DNA of 64,000 nt from Octopus vulgaris (Eukaryota), in the NCBI GenBank assembly GCA_951406725.2, contig OX597827.1, positions 8,680,001-8,744,000 of the forward strand, written 5' to 3'. Of this stretch, positions 1 to 13,434 are shown piece after piece. Numbering within the stretch: the stretch's first letter is position 1; every line of letters starts with the position of its first letter. Under the pieces are notes generated by a model. It ran no database searches. It had not been told where the DNA came from and worked only from the letters and a program-made list of their open reading frames with translations. Position numbers and translations under genes: made by a program.

Positions 1-348
1 GCTGTCCTTTTGTGCCAGATTTCGTTACACCAACACACACGCACACACACACACACACATATGCATAGAATATGCCTTTGTAAGTAATTACTTTTTTGTT
101 GTCAGAATGTCTTTATACGGTGTCTTGTGGTGTTAAAGTATTTTATGTTGTTGGCAGCCTTCCCTATTGATACCTGCTGCCTGCTATTTCTGTTCGTTCA
201 TGGCACACATGCTGTCCAGAGTGTAGTTAGTGCGATACTGTTTAGAATGTATTGCTTATTATGTCACGAACATGTGTGTGTATATATATATATGTGCGTG
301 TATACATATATATACATATAAACATATGTATGTATATATATATGTGTG

Positions 349-400
<52 letters not shown>

Positions 401-424
401 TATATATAAATAGGATTGGTATAT

Positions 425-905
<481 letters not shown>

Positions 906-1029
906 CACGTGCACATATGCCATCATTATCATCATTATCAACATCAACACTTAAAGTCTGTTTTCCATGCTGGTATGGGTAGGATGATTTGACAGGAACT
1001 GGCATATATATATATATATGTATATATAT

Positions 1030-1111
1030 GTCCTGAGCGTTATACTAATACATCTGTTTGTTTTCTACACCACCTGTCTTCGTCTTTTGTTTTTTTTTTC
1101 GTGAATTCTCC

Positions 1112-1114
<3 letters not shown>
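1030..1114 (+). mobile_element. Fragment of (TA)n-embedded element family B (related to 27659-27848)
   Basis: tcctgagcgttatactaatacat...ccacctgtcttcgtcttt aligns by eye to 27767-27848; (TA)n on both sides. Confidence 0.6.
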
Positions 1115-1162
<48 letters not shown>

Positions 1163-1165
1163 TAT

Positions 1166-1550
1166 ATTCATTTATTCTTTTATTCATTTATTTGTTTCAG
1201 TCATTTAACTGTAGCCATGCTGGAGCACCACTTTTGATTGAACAAATCAACCTTGAGACTTATTCTTTGTAGGCCTAGTACTTAACATATTGGTTTCTTT
1301 TGCTGAACCGCTAAGTTATGGGGATGTAAATACACCAACATCAGTTGTCAAGTGATTGTGGGGGACAAACACAGACACACACACATATACGACAGGCTTC
1401 TTTCAGTTTCCATCTACTAAATCCACTCACAAGGCTTTGGTTGGCTTGAGGCTGTAGTAGAAGACACTTGTCCAAGGTGCCATGCAGTGGGACTGAACCC
1501 GGAACCATGTGGTTGGTAACCAAGTTACTTACCACACAGCCACTCCAGCG
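1166..1550 (-). mobile_element. tRNA-derived SINE family 1 copy
   Basis: Reverse complement of the SINE1 consensus seen many times in the window (A-box TGGCTGTGTGG, B-box GGTTCAGTCCC, internal microsatellite, tail ...tgactgaaacaa). Confidence 0.85.
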
Positions 1551-2636
1551 ATTTCTGATATATTTCTTGCATTCACTAAATATTGTTCTAGAGAGGATGA
1601 CTTTGCATGCATTGCTCTTATTTAACCCCAGGTCTGTCTCAATTCAGTAGACCTATGATCAGAGTGGTACCAGTAGTGACCAACCTTCTGTTTGTACGTA
1701 TAAAAAAATCTTCATTGTCCTATGCATATTTTTTCTTCTTGTTTTGTCATTTTCTTCCCAAAACCTAAGTGTGAGAAAATGCACCAGCTATTTCTAGCAT
1801 CCTAAATGTCCACATATAGTCTGCCTCATAATTTATATTTCTCGCACTAAAAGACAATATTTATTATAATAAGATTCTAGTAATGTTGAATTCAAGTTGC
1901 ACAGCTGACATGGAAGAATCTTTGTAGATGTCTCATAAGCTATAAGTGGCATTTTTGTGGATGATATTTCTGTTATTATTCTAATTCTTATCAAAATAAT
2001 TGGTTCATGGAACCACTGTGTAATTGAACCAATATTGTAGCTACCTACGTGCATGAGTTATGGTTTAAAACGACAGCATGAAGCTATGGAATGTGTATAA
2101 GAAAGGAAGGCAAGATCAATAATTTACTGCTTGCACTGTAACAGTCAGAAAAATGTGCCAGAACTGGTCAGTGAGAATACCTGAATAATTATGTGGAGAT
2201 TTTATTGTAAAAAGTCTTCATGTGCCTTGAATTTGTTAGAAGCAGAGTAAAGTGTTGAAGAAGATCTCTTAAAACTAAACCATCTGTAACAGCAGAAACA
2301 TTTTAAGATACCATAGAAAAGACCATGTTGGATAAAATGATCATGTAGACTGTGTTGTAATAGAATAGATATAGATTTATCTAATACGGTGATATATCTA
2401 CTGGGTGTTATTTAGATACTAAAGGTTCGTTATCAAAAAAAAAATGAAAATGCCAGAAAATTATTGAATATCTGGAAACAAATGATATAATAATAATAAT
2501 AAAAAGGAACAGAAAAGCAACTAAATATGGTTACAGGTAGATGGAATTGATTTGTTATACACACACACACACCACGACCACCACCACCACCACCACCACC
2601 ACCACCACCACCACCACCACCGCCACCACCACCACC

Positions 2637-2651
<15 letters not shown>

Positions 2652-2683
<32 letters not shown>

Positions 2684-3570
2684 GTAACGTCTACTTTTCT
2701 ATGCTTGCATGGGTCAGAGGAATTTTGCTGAGGCAGGTTTTCTACAGCTGGGTGCTCTTCCTGTCACTGCCCCTCACCTGTTTTCAAGCATGGTAATATT
2801 TCCCCATGGTTTGACATGTTTTTCACATCAGTGATGAATCACAGTCTGTGCAGAAATTTTATTTCCAGTGATGAGAAGGGCATGCAATCCTTCACTGCAC
2901 AACTTGACGTATGTGCAACTGGTCCAATGGCAAGGAGGAGATCCAGGATGACAGGGGTCAGGGACAAGCTGCTACACCCACAATATGTAAGTGGGGTGCT
3001 TTCAATAGCCACTCCACTTGGCTTTGTCCTGTGGTAGCTAATAGTTGCACAAAACACTCAAATTGTTGCCAAATGTCAAACAGACGTAGAGGAAGTATGA
3101 CCAGGGCTGTTGCTAGATGCTGGAATGGACGCTGTTCTGGATTTGATGAAGGAAGAAAGTAAGGCAGGACTTAGTTGACATGCTAGCTAGCCCAAAGCTA
3201 CAACTCCTGGTCCAAGGAGACCATGGAACAATAATGGCTAAGAGGTGGTTCCACATTCTTTAAAATCGTGGAACTCCCATACCAGGATACTACAACCAGG
3301 ATACTAAAGACCAAACACTAATACTTGTATAAGATGGTGATACTCATTTACAACTATAACATAATACGAAGACAAGGGCACACATATGCACATACATACA
3401 CACATAGAGCTAAACATATATGATGGGCTTCTTTCAATTTCGATTTCCAAAATTCACTCAAAAGGCTATGGTTGACCCAGAAGATAAATGCCCAACTTGC
3501 CCTGTAGTGGGACTGAACCTAAAATCATAATTTGGAAAGCAAGCTTCATAACAATGCATCCACATCTGTG
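2652..3570 (-). mobile_element. Old chimeric SINE (SINE1 head + RTE-type tail ending in (GAT)n), interrupted by an unrelated ~460 bp insert at ~2835-3300
   Basis: Degenerate SINE1 head at ~3420-3570; tail with cccatgcaagcatagaaaagtagacgtta and (CAT)n on the + strand at 2652-2830. Confidence 0.55.
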
Positions 3571-3799
3571 TCTATCCATGCCTGCATCTGTCTATGCAAC
3601 AGTTGGGTGTGCGTGTGTGTATGTGTGTGTGTCTGTGTACGTGAGTGTGTGTGTGTATGTGTGTGTGCATGTGTATGCGTGTATGTATACATATATAGAT
3701 ATTCATACATATATATATATATATACATACATATATACATGTATGTGTATAAATATATATGTATGTGTACACACATACACACACATATTTATATACACA

Positions 3800-4615
3800 C
3801 ATGGTGCGGTGAATAACCTGTCATCTAAACTACGCAAAAATGAAAATAACACCGACATTTCATTTTAACAGATATATTCACCAAAATTACATAAAAATAT
3901 CTTGAAATACTAAAGAGTAAATTTATTCAATAAAATCGCCATTGGCTTCAACCAGAGCCTCCACACGGCCTCAGAATTTCCTGCAACTCTTATGGATGGA
4001 TGATCTCCTTGTTTAAGTTGGTGAATACTGCCATAATCCTTGCCTTCAGTTCATCTTTGGTGTTACAAGGAGTGTTGTTGGTCTCTATGTGCCCCACACA
4101 TAATAATAAAGAGATGTTGCAGTCTGTAAAGTTAGATTGGCCATATGTTAGGGGCGGTGTGGTTGCAGAAATTGTCTGACAGCCATGGCTGGGTTCTCCT
4201 GCTTGCCCCAGGGCACCACTACCTCCTCCAGGGACTTGATGTAGGTCTCTGTATTGAGTCTAAGGCCATGTGGGAAGATGAATGGAGGCATAACGTCACC
4301 ATCACTCAAAACACCATGATATTGATTGGATGTATGATTTTTCATCCCTCTCGATACATGTCTTCCCATTGCACTGTCCTCAGATTGACACCCAAACACT
4401 CTGAAATATTCCTATTGAAGGTTCCGGTGTGAATGCCAAGCAGTACAGCATGCCGTTTCCAAATTTCCAACTGAGTGAATTTCATCATGGTGCTGTTTTT
4501 CTTACAGACGGTGCCCAACTGACCCTACTATACTGTGTTGTTGACAAAATGAAAAACAATGTGCATGAGTGAAATTAAAACTATAAAATAGCAACAATTT
4601 ACCCATCACACCCTC
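3800..4615 (-). mobile_element. Internally deleted Tc1/mariner DNA transposon (maT/DD37D-like), copy 1
   Basis: Degenerate TIRs (catggtgcggtgaataa / ttacccatcacaccctc). Minus-strand transposase remnants SDGDVMPPFIFPHGLRLNTETYIKSLEEVVVPW and YYVWG...TPCNTKDELKARIMAVFTNLNK; homologous to 38740-39604. Confidence 0.85.
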
Positions 4616-4649
4616 TGTGTGTATATATATATATATATGCATATACATA

Positions 4650-4991
4650 GGCACAGGAGTGGCTGTGTGGTAAGTAGCTTGCTAACCAACCATATGGTTC
4701 CGGGTTCAGTCCCACTGCATGACACTTTGGGCAAGTGTCTGCTACTATAGCCTCGGGCCAACCAAAGCCTTGTGAGTGTAGACGGAAACTGAAAGAAGCC
4801 CGTCGTATATATGTATGTGTGTGCAACATCGCTTGACAACCGATGCTGGTGTGTTTACGTCCCCGTCACTTAGCGGTTCGGCAAAAGTGACCGATAGAAT
4901 AAGTACTAGGGGTCGATTTGCTCGACTAAAAGGCGGTGCTCCAGCATGGCCGCAGTCAAATGACTGAAACAAGTAAAAGAATAAAAAGAGT
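4650..4991 (+). mobile_element. tRNA-derived SINE family 1 copy
   Basis: ggcacaggagtggctgtgtgg...gggttcagtccc...tgactgaaacaagtaaaaga, with small internal deletions. Confidence 0.9.
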
Positions 4992-5220
4992 ATATACATA
5001 CGTATGTATGTATGTATATACATATATGTATATATATATATGTATGTATATAACTATATATACATACACACATATATATATATACATATATACACACACA
5101 CATACATACATACATACATACATGCATACATACATACATACGTACATACATACATACATACGTACATACATACATACGTACATACATACATACATATAAG
5201 CATACAAGCATACATACATA

Positions 5221-5438
5221 TGAAGAGGAGCTGAAAAGTTCCTGGCTTTAAGGGTATCACAAAAGACCTGGATGGGGGCCCAACCTTTCAAGTTCTTTTA
5301 CAGGTTTACAAGGCTTAGAAAACTGAAGGACCGCTGAAATAACAAATGTGTGAATCTGAGAGGGGAATATGTTGAATAAAATCATAGTTAACTGATCCTC
5401 CTGTATTTTCTTTTAACCAAAACCAGGAACTTTTCAGC
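5221..5438 (+). mobile_element. mariner-derived mini-element
   Basis: TIRs gctgaaaagttcctgg / ccaggaacttttcagc; retains the mariner C-terminal remnant KCVNLRGEYVE* (aaatgtgtgaatctgagaggggaatatgttgaataa). Confidence 0.8.
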
Positions 5439-6234
5439 TGTGTGTGTGTGTGTATTGATTTCGAAGTTTGTATTCTTAAAGATGAAATTAAAAACTACTG
5501 TCAAACACTGACTGTTTAAAAGAGACTCAATACGAAGCTGGGTCTAAATATAGTATTTAACAGAAATATTAGCTCACTGTGACTTCAAAGTTTCACTGAT
5601 AATGGCTTGGCAGACAGTAAAATGTAATGGTTGGATGAAGATATATATTAGAGAAGTCTGAAGGTGGATGGACTGTTAAATCTAGCACAGAATCTATAAA
5701 TTTAATATTTAAGTGGAACAGTCGAAATATGTAACCCTTTACTGAAGTGGTGACATTAGCTGCCGACATCTAAAAGTAATACAGTTATTCAAGCATGGCA
5801 TTCAAATTCAGGCATGATTAGAATCAGTTTATGGCTTTAGGGGTAACTGTCCATGAAGACTGTACAATTTCCTGTAAGTCAGACAGCGTCATGATCCCAG
5901 CAGACACAATGGAAAAGGGGTTGTCCCAGAGGATGGCAAGGGTGAGACTTATGTTGCTTATGAATCTGTATAGAATTGGTGCTGTTTAAATCTCCAGCAG
6001 CCGTATCCAACCCAAAAATTCTACCTGTTTTATATATAAATGGATCAGATCCAGACTCCCACACCTACTCCACAATGTTATTCTCAAAATAAACAATCAA
6101 ATCCTTAAAATCTCAAAGCTACGAGAGAATTTTTGATTGATTGACTCTCATACACACACACAAACTATACTCCTTTATTGGTAATCAGCTGTTTCTTAAT
6201 TAGATATTTTCAGCAAATTTTAAAAAGTTGCATA

Positions 6235-6657
6235 GGCACAGAGAAGTGGCTGTGTGGTAAATAGCTTGCTTATTAACGACATGATTCTGGGTTCAGGGGT
6301 TCAGTCCCACAGCATAGCACCTTAGGCAAGTGTCTTCTACTGTAGCCTCAGGCCAACCAAAACCTTGTGAGTGGATTTGGTAGACAGAAACTGAAAGAAG
6401 CCCATCATGTATATATATATACGTGGCTGATGCCAGCGCCACCTTGACTGGCTTCCGGGCCGGTGGCACGTAAAAAGCACCCACTACACTCAAGGAGTGG
6501 TTGGCATTTCGGAAGGGCATCCAGCTGTAGAAACACTGCCAGATAAGACTGGAACCTGGTGCAGCCTTCTAGCTTCCCAGACCCCGGTCGAACCATCCAA
6601 CCCATGCTAGCATGGAAAACAAACGTTAAACGATGATGATGATGATGATGATGATGA
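6235..6657 (+). mobile_element. SINE1 head followed (via a TA tract) by an RTE-type 3' tail ending in (GAT)n
   Basis: SINE1 5' half 6235-6410; 6421-6657 matches the RTE 3' UTR of 12600-12857. Confidence 0.75.
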
Positions 6658-6716
6658 TATATATATATTATCTATCTATTTATCTGTCTGTCTATCAATC
6701 AATCTGTTTGTACATA

Positions 6717-7223
6717 TTCTTTTATTCATTTATTTGTTTCAGTCATTTAACTGTAGCCATGCTGGAGCACAGCCTTTAGTGGAGTAAATCGACCCCAGAA
6801 CTTATTCTTTGTAAGCCTAGTTCTTAATCTACCAGTATCTTTAGCCGATTTGCTAAGTTACAGTGATGTAAACACACCAGCATCAGTTGTCAAGCGATGT
6901 TGGGGAGAGACACACAAACATATACACACACATGCATGTATATATATATATATAAGTAACTCATTTTTAACTGCATATTACCTCAATACATAGGCACAAT
7001 GAGATACCTTTATCTACAGGCTGAAACAGCTGTAAGATCCATTTTATACGTACTATTTTTATGGTATTATCTTACTTATTGATCTATATTGCTTTATTCT
7101 GTTTTATTCTGTTGTATTTGGATGCTCCTATTTAAGTTGTTAATAAATAATATGAATTGGTATTATCTGTAAGTCGATGATTGAAAGGAATCTCTTCCTC
7201 CATTTTCTTATTTGTATTATATA

Positions 7224-7272
<49 letters not shown>

Positions 7273-7440
7273 AGATATATATATATATATATACACACAA
7301 CAGGTTTCTTTCAGTTTCCATCTACCAAATCCACTCACAAGGCTTTAGTAGAGGACACTTGCCCAAGGCATCACGCAGTGAGACTGAACCCAGAACAATG
7401 TGGTTGGTAAGCAAGCTACTTACCACACAGCCACACCTTC
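6717..7440 (-). mobile_element. SINE1 copy split by an insert (6955-7225) in its central microsatellite
   Basis: SINE1 3' half at 6717-6925 and 5' half at ~7295-7440, same orientation; the insert contains the half-site GAAACAGCTGTA at ~7023. Confidence 0.7.
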
Positions 7441-7576
7441 ACCTACAAATGTATATTTATACATACATGTGTGCGTGTGTGTGTGTGTATTTATATATAT
7501 ATATATATATTTTTTTTTTTCCTAGTTTCAACTCAGAGCTGCGGCCATGCTGATGCACCGCATATATATATATATA

Positions 7577-8087
7577 TTTAGCTGCTCTTTCTAGTGAGTT
7601 GGATGTCCTATTATGGCCATCCCTTATATGTTTGAATGTACATTACATAGTCTATTGACTATTTTTTCTTTCTCACTTGACCGCTGGTAGCGGAGAATTT
7701 TTTCTAGAATTTTTTGCTACCCTAAAATTTATTAATTAATGATTTTTTAGCTAATTTTGAAATTAAATCGGCAGTTTATATTTGCTGCTGAGAAAACCGC
7801 GCGAGCGTGGTTGATTTTGAAAATTTATAGCATATAGACTCGAGGCATGGTTATTATCGCCTCGTGAATTTATGGGAGTCCTTGGCTTTTCTGCTGAAGA
7901 GGCAACGCCAGTGGTAAATAAATTTAATTTATTTACAAAATATTGCTGAAACTATGCATAGTCCAGAAAGGAGAAGGTAAACGTTTTTATTTCTCTTTCC
8001 ATTTCAGAATTACAACTATAAGTGGTTTGGAGTTTAGCTGCTCTTTCTAGTGAGTCGGATGTCCTGTTATGGCCATCCCTTATATGT

Positions 8088-8093
<6 letters not shown>
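7577..8093 (+). mobile_element. Hammerhead-bearing non-coding element, family A (456-bp unit + 61-bp terminal direct repeat), in (TA)n
   Basis: 7577-7637 is repeated at 8033-8093 (2 substitutions); (TA)n on both flanks; contains hammerhead motifs and several hairpins; related copy at 56028-56246. Confidence 0.85.
7886..7971 (+). ncRNA. Type I hammerhead ribozyme (intact core, GUC site)
   Basis: Helix I CTTTTCTG/CAGAAAGG; core CTGAAGA (7894-7900); stem II GGCAA/TTGCT enclosing a GTAAATAAAT/ATTTATTTAC hairpin; GAAA (7948-51); palindromic stem III ACTATGCATAGT; GTC with predicted cleavage after 7963. Confidence 0.85.
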
Positions 8094-8118
<25 letters not shown>

Positions 8119-8739
8119 CAAGATAAGAAAATGGAGGTAGTAAATCATTTTACCTTTGCCCATATAATACAGTAAATGAATTGATTGCATCGCAATCCTT
8201 AACATTTATGTATTATCTTTGTTGGGTACTTCACTAGCAGTATATTGGATATATGTTATCCCATGGAGGGTTGCATTTACAACCCCTATCTCAATTTGTA
8301 TATATATATATATATATATTTATAGGCATACAGATACATATACATATACACATTCGTTATTAGATGACTGAAGAGTCAAAGTCTAAATTCCAGCGAAGGA
8401 GCGAATGTTCCAGGCTTAGAGATCTGTCTCTTTTTCTGTGGGAAAGATATTTCAAAACTAAAGCCAGAGGAAAATGCAAACATATATTCACACATCTTTG
8501 AAAACATACATATGGACGTACCAATAGAACTAGAATGATGGATGGATGGATGATTTCGTAAACTGATAGACTCACATGTCCCTTGTTAGAGAAGCAGGCA
8601 CGGATAAATAAAGTGCCATATAATTGAATAAAGAAACTGACAAAATATATTTATTATCAAAACCATAAAATAGCCTGTAGGCACGTGAGTGTATGCATGT
8701 AGGTACATACAGGGCCAAAATGTACTGTACACACATGTG

Positions 8740-9614
8740 ATGTACTTGTGTGTGTGTGTGTGTGTGTGTGTTTGTGTGTGTGTGTTCGTGTGTGTGTGTA
8801 TTATGGATTCTCTTGTTATGAATATATATGTGTGTGCGTATGTGTGTGTGGGTATGTGTGTGTGTATATATATGATGGATTCTCCTGTTATGAATATATA
8901 TGTGTGCATATGTGTGTGTGTGTGTATACATATATGTGCGTATTTACAGGCTTGTGTAAATGTGCATATATTTGAATGTATGTATATGTATGAGTGCATG
9001 TCTGTGTGTATTTTTGCGTGTGTGTGTATGATGGATTCTCTTGTTATGAATATATATGTGTGTGCGTATGTATGTGTGGGTATGTGTGTGTGTGTGTGTG
9101 TGTGTTCATGTGTGTGTATGATGGATTCTCTTGTTATGAATATATATGTGTGTGCGTATGTGTGTGTGGGTATGTGTGTGTGTATATATATATGATGGAT
9201 TCTCCTGTTATGAATATATGTGTGCATATGTGTGTGTGTGTGTATACATATATGTGCGTATTTACAGGCTTGTGTAAATGTGCATATATTTGAATGTATG
9301 TATATGTATGAGTGCATGTCTGTGTGTATTTTTGCGTGTGTGTGTATGATGGATTCTCTTGTTATGAATATATATGTGTGTGCGTATGTGTGTGTGTATA
9401 TATATGATGGATTATCTTGTTATGAATATATATGTGTGCATATGTGTGTGTGTGGGTATGTGTGTGTAAGTGTGTGTGTATAGATATGTGTGTATTTATT
9501 TGTATGTGTATATAGATGTGTGTGTGTGTATAAATATATGTGCGTATTTACAGGCTTCTGTAAATGTTCATATATTTGAATGTATGCATGTGTATGAGTG
9601 CATGTCTATGATTA

Positions 9615-9648
<34 letters not shown>

Positions 9649-10408
9649 ATGGATTCTCTTGTTATGAATATATATGTGTGCATATGTGTGTGTGTGGGTA
9701 TGTGTGTGTAAGTGTGTGTGTGTGTGTGTATAGATATGTGTGTATTTATTTGTATGTGTATATAGATGTGTGTGTGTGTGTATAAATATGTGTGTGTATT
9801 TATCGGCTTGTGTAAATGTGCATATATTTGAATGTATGCATGTGTATGAGTGCATGTCTGTGTATATATTTGTATGTGTGTGTGTGTATGATGGATTCTC
9901 TTGTGATGAATATATATGTGTGCATATGTGTGTGTGTATAGATATGTGTGTATTTATTTCTATGTGTATATAGATGTGTGTATATATATGTGTGTGTGTG
10001 TGTTTACATATATGTGAGTATTTACAGGCTTGTGTAAATGTGCATATATTTGAATGTATGTATATGTATGAGTGCATGTCTGTGTATATATTTGTATGTG
10101 TGTGTGTGTGTATGATGGATTCTCTTGTGATGAATATATGTGTGTGCGTATGTGTGTGTGTGTGTGTATAGATATGTGTGTATTTATTTCTATGTCTATA
10201 TAGATGTGTGCGTATGTGTGCATAAATATATGTGCGTATTTACAGGCTTCTGCAAATGTGCATATATTTGAATGTATGCATGTGTATGAGTGCATGTCTA
10301 TGTGTGCATGCATATGTATATGTGTGTGTATGTGTGTGTGTATGATGGTTCTCTTGTGATGAATATATATGTGTGTGCGTATGTGTGTGTGGGTATGTGT
10401 ATGTTATT

Positions 10409-10467
<59 letters not shown>

Positions 10468-10560
10468 TTATTTCTATGTGTATATTGATCTCTATGTGTG
10501 TATTTATGGGCTTGTGTAAATGTGCATATATTTGAATAAATGCATGTGTATGAATGCATG
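8740..10560. repeat. Compound minisatellite of (TG)/(TA) tracts plus conserved non-microsatellite blocks
   Basis: Block tttacaggcttgtgtaaatgtgcatatatttgaat recurs at about 8943, 9261, 9547, 9799, 10021, 10239 and 10503; block atgatggattctcttgttatgaat recurs more often. Confidence 0.92.
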
Positions 10561-10951
10561 TCTGTGTGTGTGTGTGTGTTTACATGTAGATATATTACAT
10601 ATGTCTTAGTTCGGAAGACATTTACTTATTCAGTCAGTTCCTTTAATTTAAAGATATGATATTAAATCATGCAAAACATTCCAGAGTGTCAACACACTAA
10701 AAATCCCATTTTATCAACGAAATTCATCAGGAATTGGTTTTGAAGGGATGCTATGTATCATGCCACAGAACCCCCCACATTGGCACATGGACAGCCTTGT
10801 TAATATTTACATGAAATCGACATTTCTCTGCTGAATTGTTCATCGCAACCCATACACCATCATTCTTGATAACATCTCAGACACATGCCCGAACAATATC
10901 TGTTAGGAGTCATTATATATACAAATATATATATATATATGTATATATGTT

Positions 10952-11054
<103 letters not shown>

Positions 11055-11295
11055 GTATATATGTATATATGTATATATATATATATATACATACATATAT
11101 ATATTCATATATATATATATATATCTATCTAGATAGATAGATAGATAATGTATGTTTATTTGTAAGAGTTCTAATGCCTGGCTCCTCAATGTATGGAATA
11201 ATTAGGGTGTGAATATGACTATATAAGTTATTGCAGTTGTCTAAAATGACAATGAAGAACAGATTTTCGGGGAGAGAATAAATCTAAGGAAAAAG

Positions 11296-11331
<36 letters not shown>

Positions 11332-11439
11332 GTTGGGTAGTACAAATGAGAGATACAAACTCAGTATGTAAAGCAGAGGATACAAATTTATTTATTAGCT
11401 TTATAGGTAATAAATTCAGAAATATATGCATGTACGTGC

Positions 11440-11480
<41 letters not shown>

Positions 11481-11520
11481 CATATATATATATACATATA
11501 TATATATGTATATATATATG

Positions 11521-11560
<40 letters not shown>

Positions 11561-11923
11561 TACATGCACACACAAACATATGTATAGTATAATTACATAC
11601 ATATACACACTCGTACACACACACACATGTATATTTATATATGTATAAATATATATGTACAGATTGTTCCAAGAAAAAGAAATCCCTGCAACATTTTAAC
11701 AGCTAATAACTTATTTAATTCTGATTTCTGCTTGGATTTAACCCATAAGAAATACAAAAGATAGACAGACTTGAATAAAGAAAATTTATCCTAAAATACT
11801 TCTGGAAATTTGAAAATGCAGTCTAAGTTCAAATACAGTTTAAGAAAGAGCTTCAATGAGTTCTACCAATGCAATAAACATACATTACACACACACACAC
11901 GTGTATATATATATATATATATA

Positions 11924-12324
11924 TACTCTTTTACTCTTTTACTTGTTTCAGTCATTTGACTGCGGCCATGCTGGAGCACCGCCTTTAGTCGAGCAAATCG
12001 ACCCCGGGACTTATTCTTTGTAAGCCCAGTACTTATTCTATCGGTCTCTTTGCCGAACTGCTAAGTGACGGGGACGTAAACACACCAGCATCGGTTGTCA
12101 AGCGATGCTAGGGGGACAAACACAGACACACAAACATATACACACACACTTATATATATATATACATATATACGACAGTTTCTGTCTACCAAATCCACTC
12201 ACAAGGCATTGGTCGGCCTGGGGCTATAGCAGAAGACACTTGGCCAAGATGTCACACAGTGGAACTGAACCCGGAACCATGTGGTTGGTTAGCAAGCTAC
12301 TTACCACACAGCCACTCCTGCGCC
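11924..12324 (-). mobile_element. tRNA-derived SINE family 1 copy (near full length)
   Basis: Head ggcgcaggagtggctgtgtgg and (GTAAAAGA)-type tail on the minus strand. Confidence 0.9.
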
Positions 12325-12374
12325 TATATATATATATATATATACATATATACATGTATGTGTGTGTGTGTGTG

Positions 12375-12857
12375 TGTGCAAGAGAGATGAGTGTGCTGGT
12401 ATGGCCATGTGATGTGTATGGATGAGGACAGCTGTATAAAGTGCCAATCTCTAACTGTGGAAGGAATCTGTGGAAGATATAGGACGAGGTAGTGAAGCAT
12501 GATCTTTGAGTGCTGGGCCTCATGGAGGTGATGCGAAGTGACTGAGACCTTTGGTGATATGTTATGCATGAGAAAACTCGTCAAGCCAAGTGAAATCATA
12601 ATCATGACCGATACCAATATCAAGTAACTGGCACTCATGCCGGTGGCACATAAAAGCACTCAAGCAAATGACATATAAAAAGCACCCATTACGCTCTCGG
12701 AGTGGTTGGCATTAGGAAGGGCATCCAGCTGTAGAAACCATGCCAAATCAGATTGGAACCTGGTGCAACTCTCTGGCTTACCAGGTCCCATTCAAACCAT
12801 CTAATCCATGCCAGCATGGTAAGAAGAATATTAAATGATGATGATGATGATGATGAT
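12375..12857 (+). mobile_element. RTE-clade LINE 3' end with 3' UTR and (GAT)n tail
   Basis: Degenerate translation WYGHVMCMDEDSCI...SLTVEGICGR...DEVVKHDL...DLW...EKTRQAK* runs directly into the abundant tggcattaggaagggcatccagctgtagaaac tail. Confidence 0.8.
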
Positions 12858-12862
12858 ATATG

Positions 12863-12898
<36 letters not shown>

Positions 12899-13023
12899 TA
12901 TATACACACACATATATATCCATATACATATATATATAAACAATAAATATCTACATTGTCTGTAATGTGAATTAGATGTTTTACCCACACTCCTTTGAAG
13001 GATATTCATTTCCTTAGTTTGTT

Positions 13024-13075
<52 letters not shown>

Positions 13076-13079
13076 CATA

Positions 13080-13370
13080 GGCGCAGGAGTGGCAGTGTGC
13101 TAAGTAGCTTGCTTACCAACCACATGGTTCCGGGTTCAGTCCCACTGTGTGGCACCTTGGGCAAGTTTCTTCTACTATAGCCTTGGGCCACCCAAAGCCT
13201 TGTGAGTGGATTTGGCAGACGAAAACTGCAAGAAGCCTGTCGTATATATATATATATATATATGCATACATATATGTATATTTTTGTGTATCTATATTTG
13301 TCCCCCCAACATCACTTGCCAACCGATGCTGGTGTGTTTATATCCCCATCACTTAGTGGTTCAGCAAGAG
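13080..13370 (+). mobile_element. SINE family 1 copy, 3' truncated
   Basis: Head and central region match SINE1. Confidence 0.85.
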
Positions 13371-13434
13371 AGAATATATAGAATATATATATATATTGGA
13401 ATATATATATATATACATATATTGGAATATATTT

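Noticed and set aside
2835-3300. GC-richer island with a GAFNSHSTW motif reminiscent of a LINE AP endonuclease
   Set aside because: Single short motif with no other support; left as an unidentified insert.
8360-8400. CTGAAGA inside a small hairpin (tgact-gaag-agtca)
   Set aside because: No properly placed GAAA, stem III or helix I; chance match. The same applies to CTGATGA at ~10724-10730 (minus).
8740-10560. CRISPR-like repeat-spacer appearance
   Set aside because: Eukaryotic context, spacers are related microsatellites of irregular length, and there are no cas genes.
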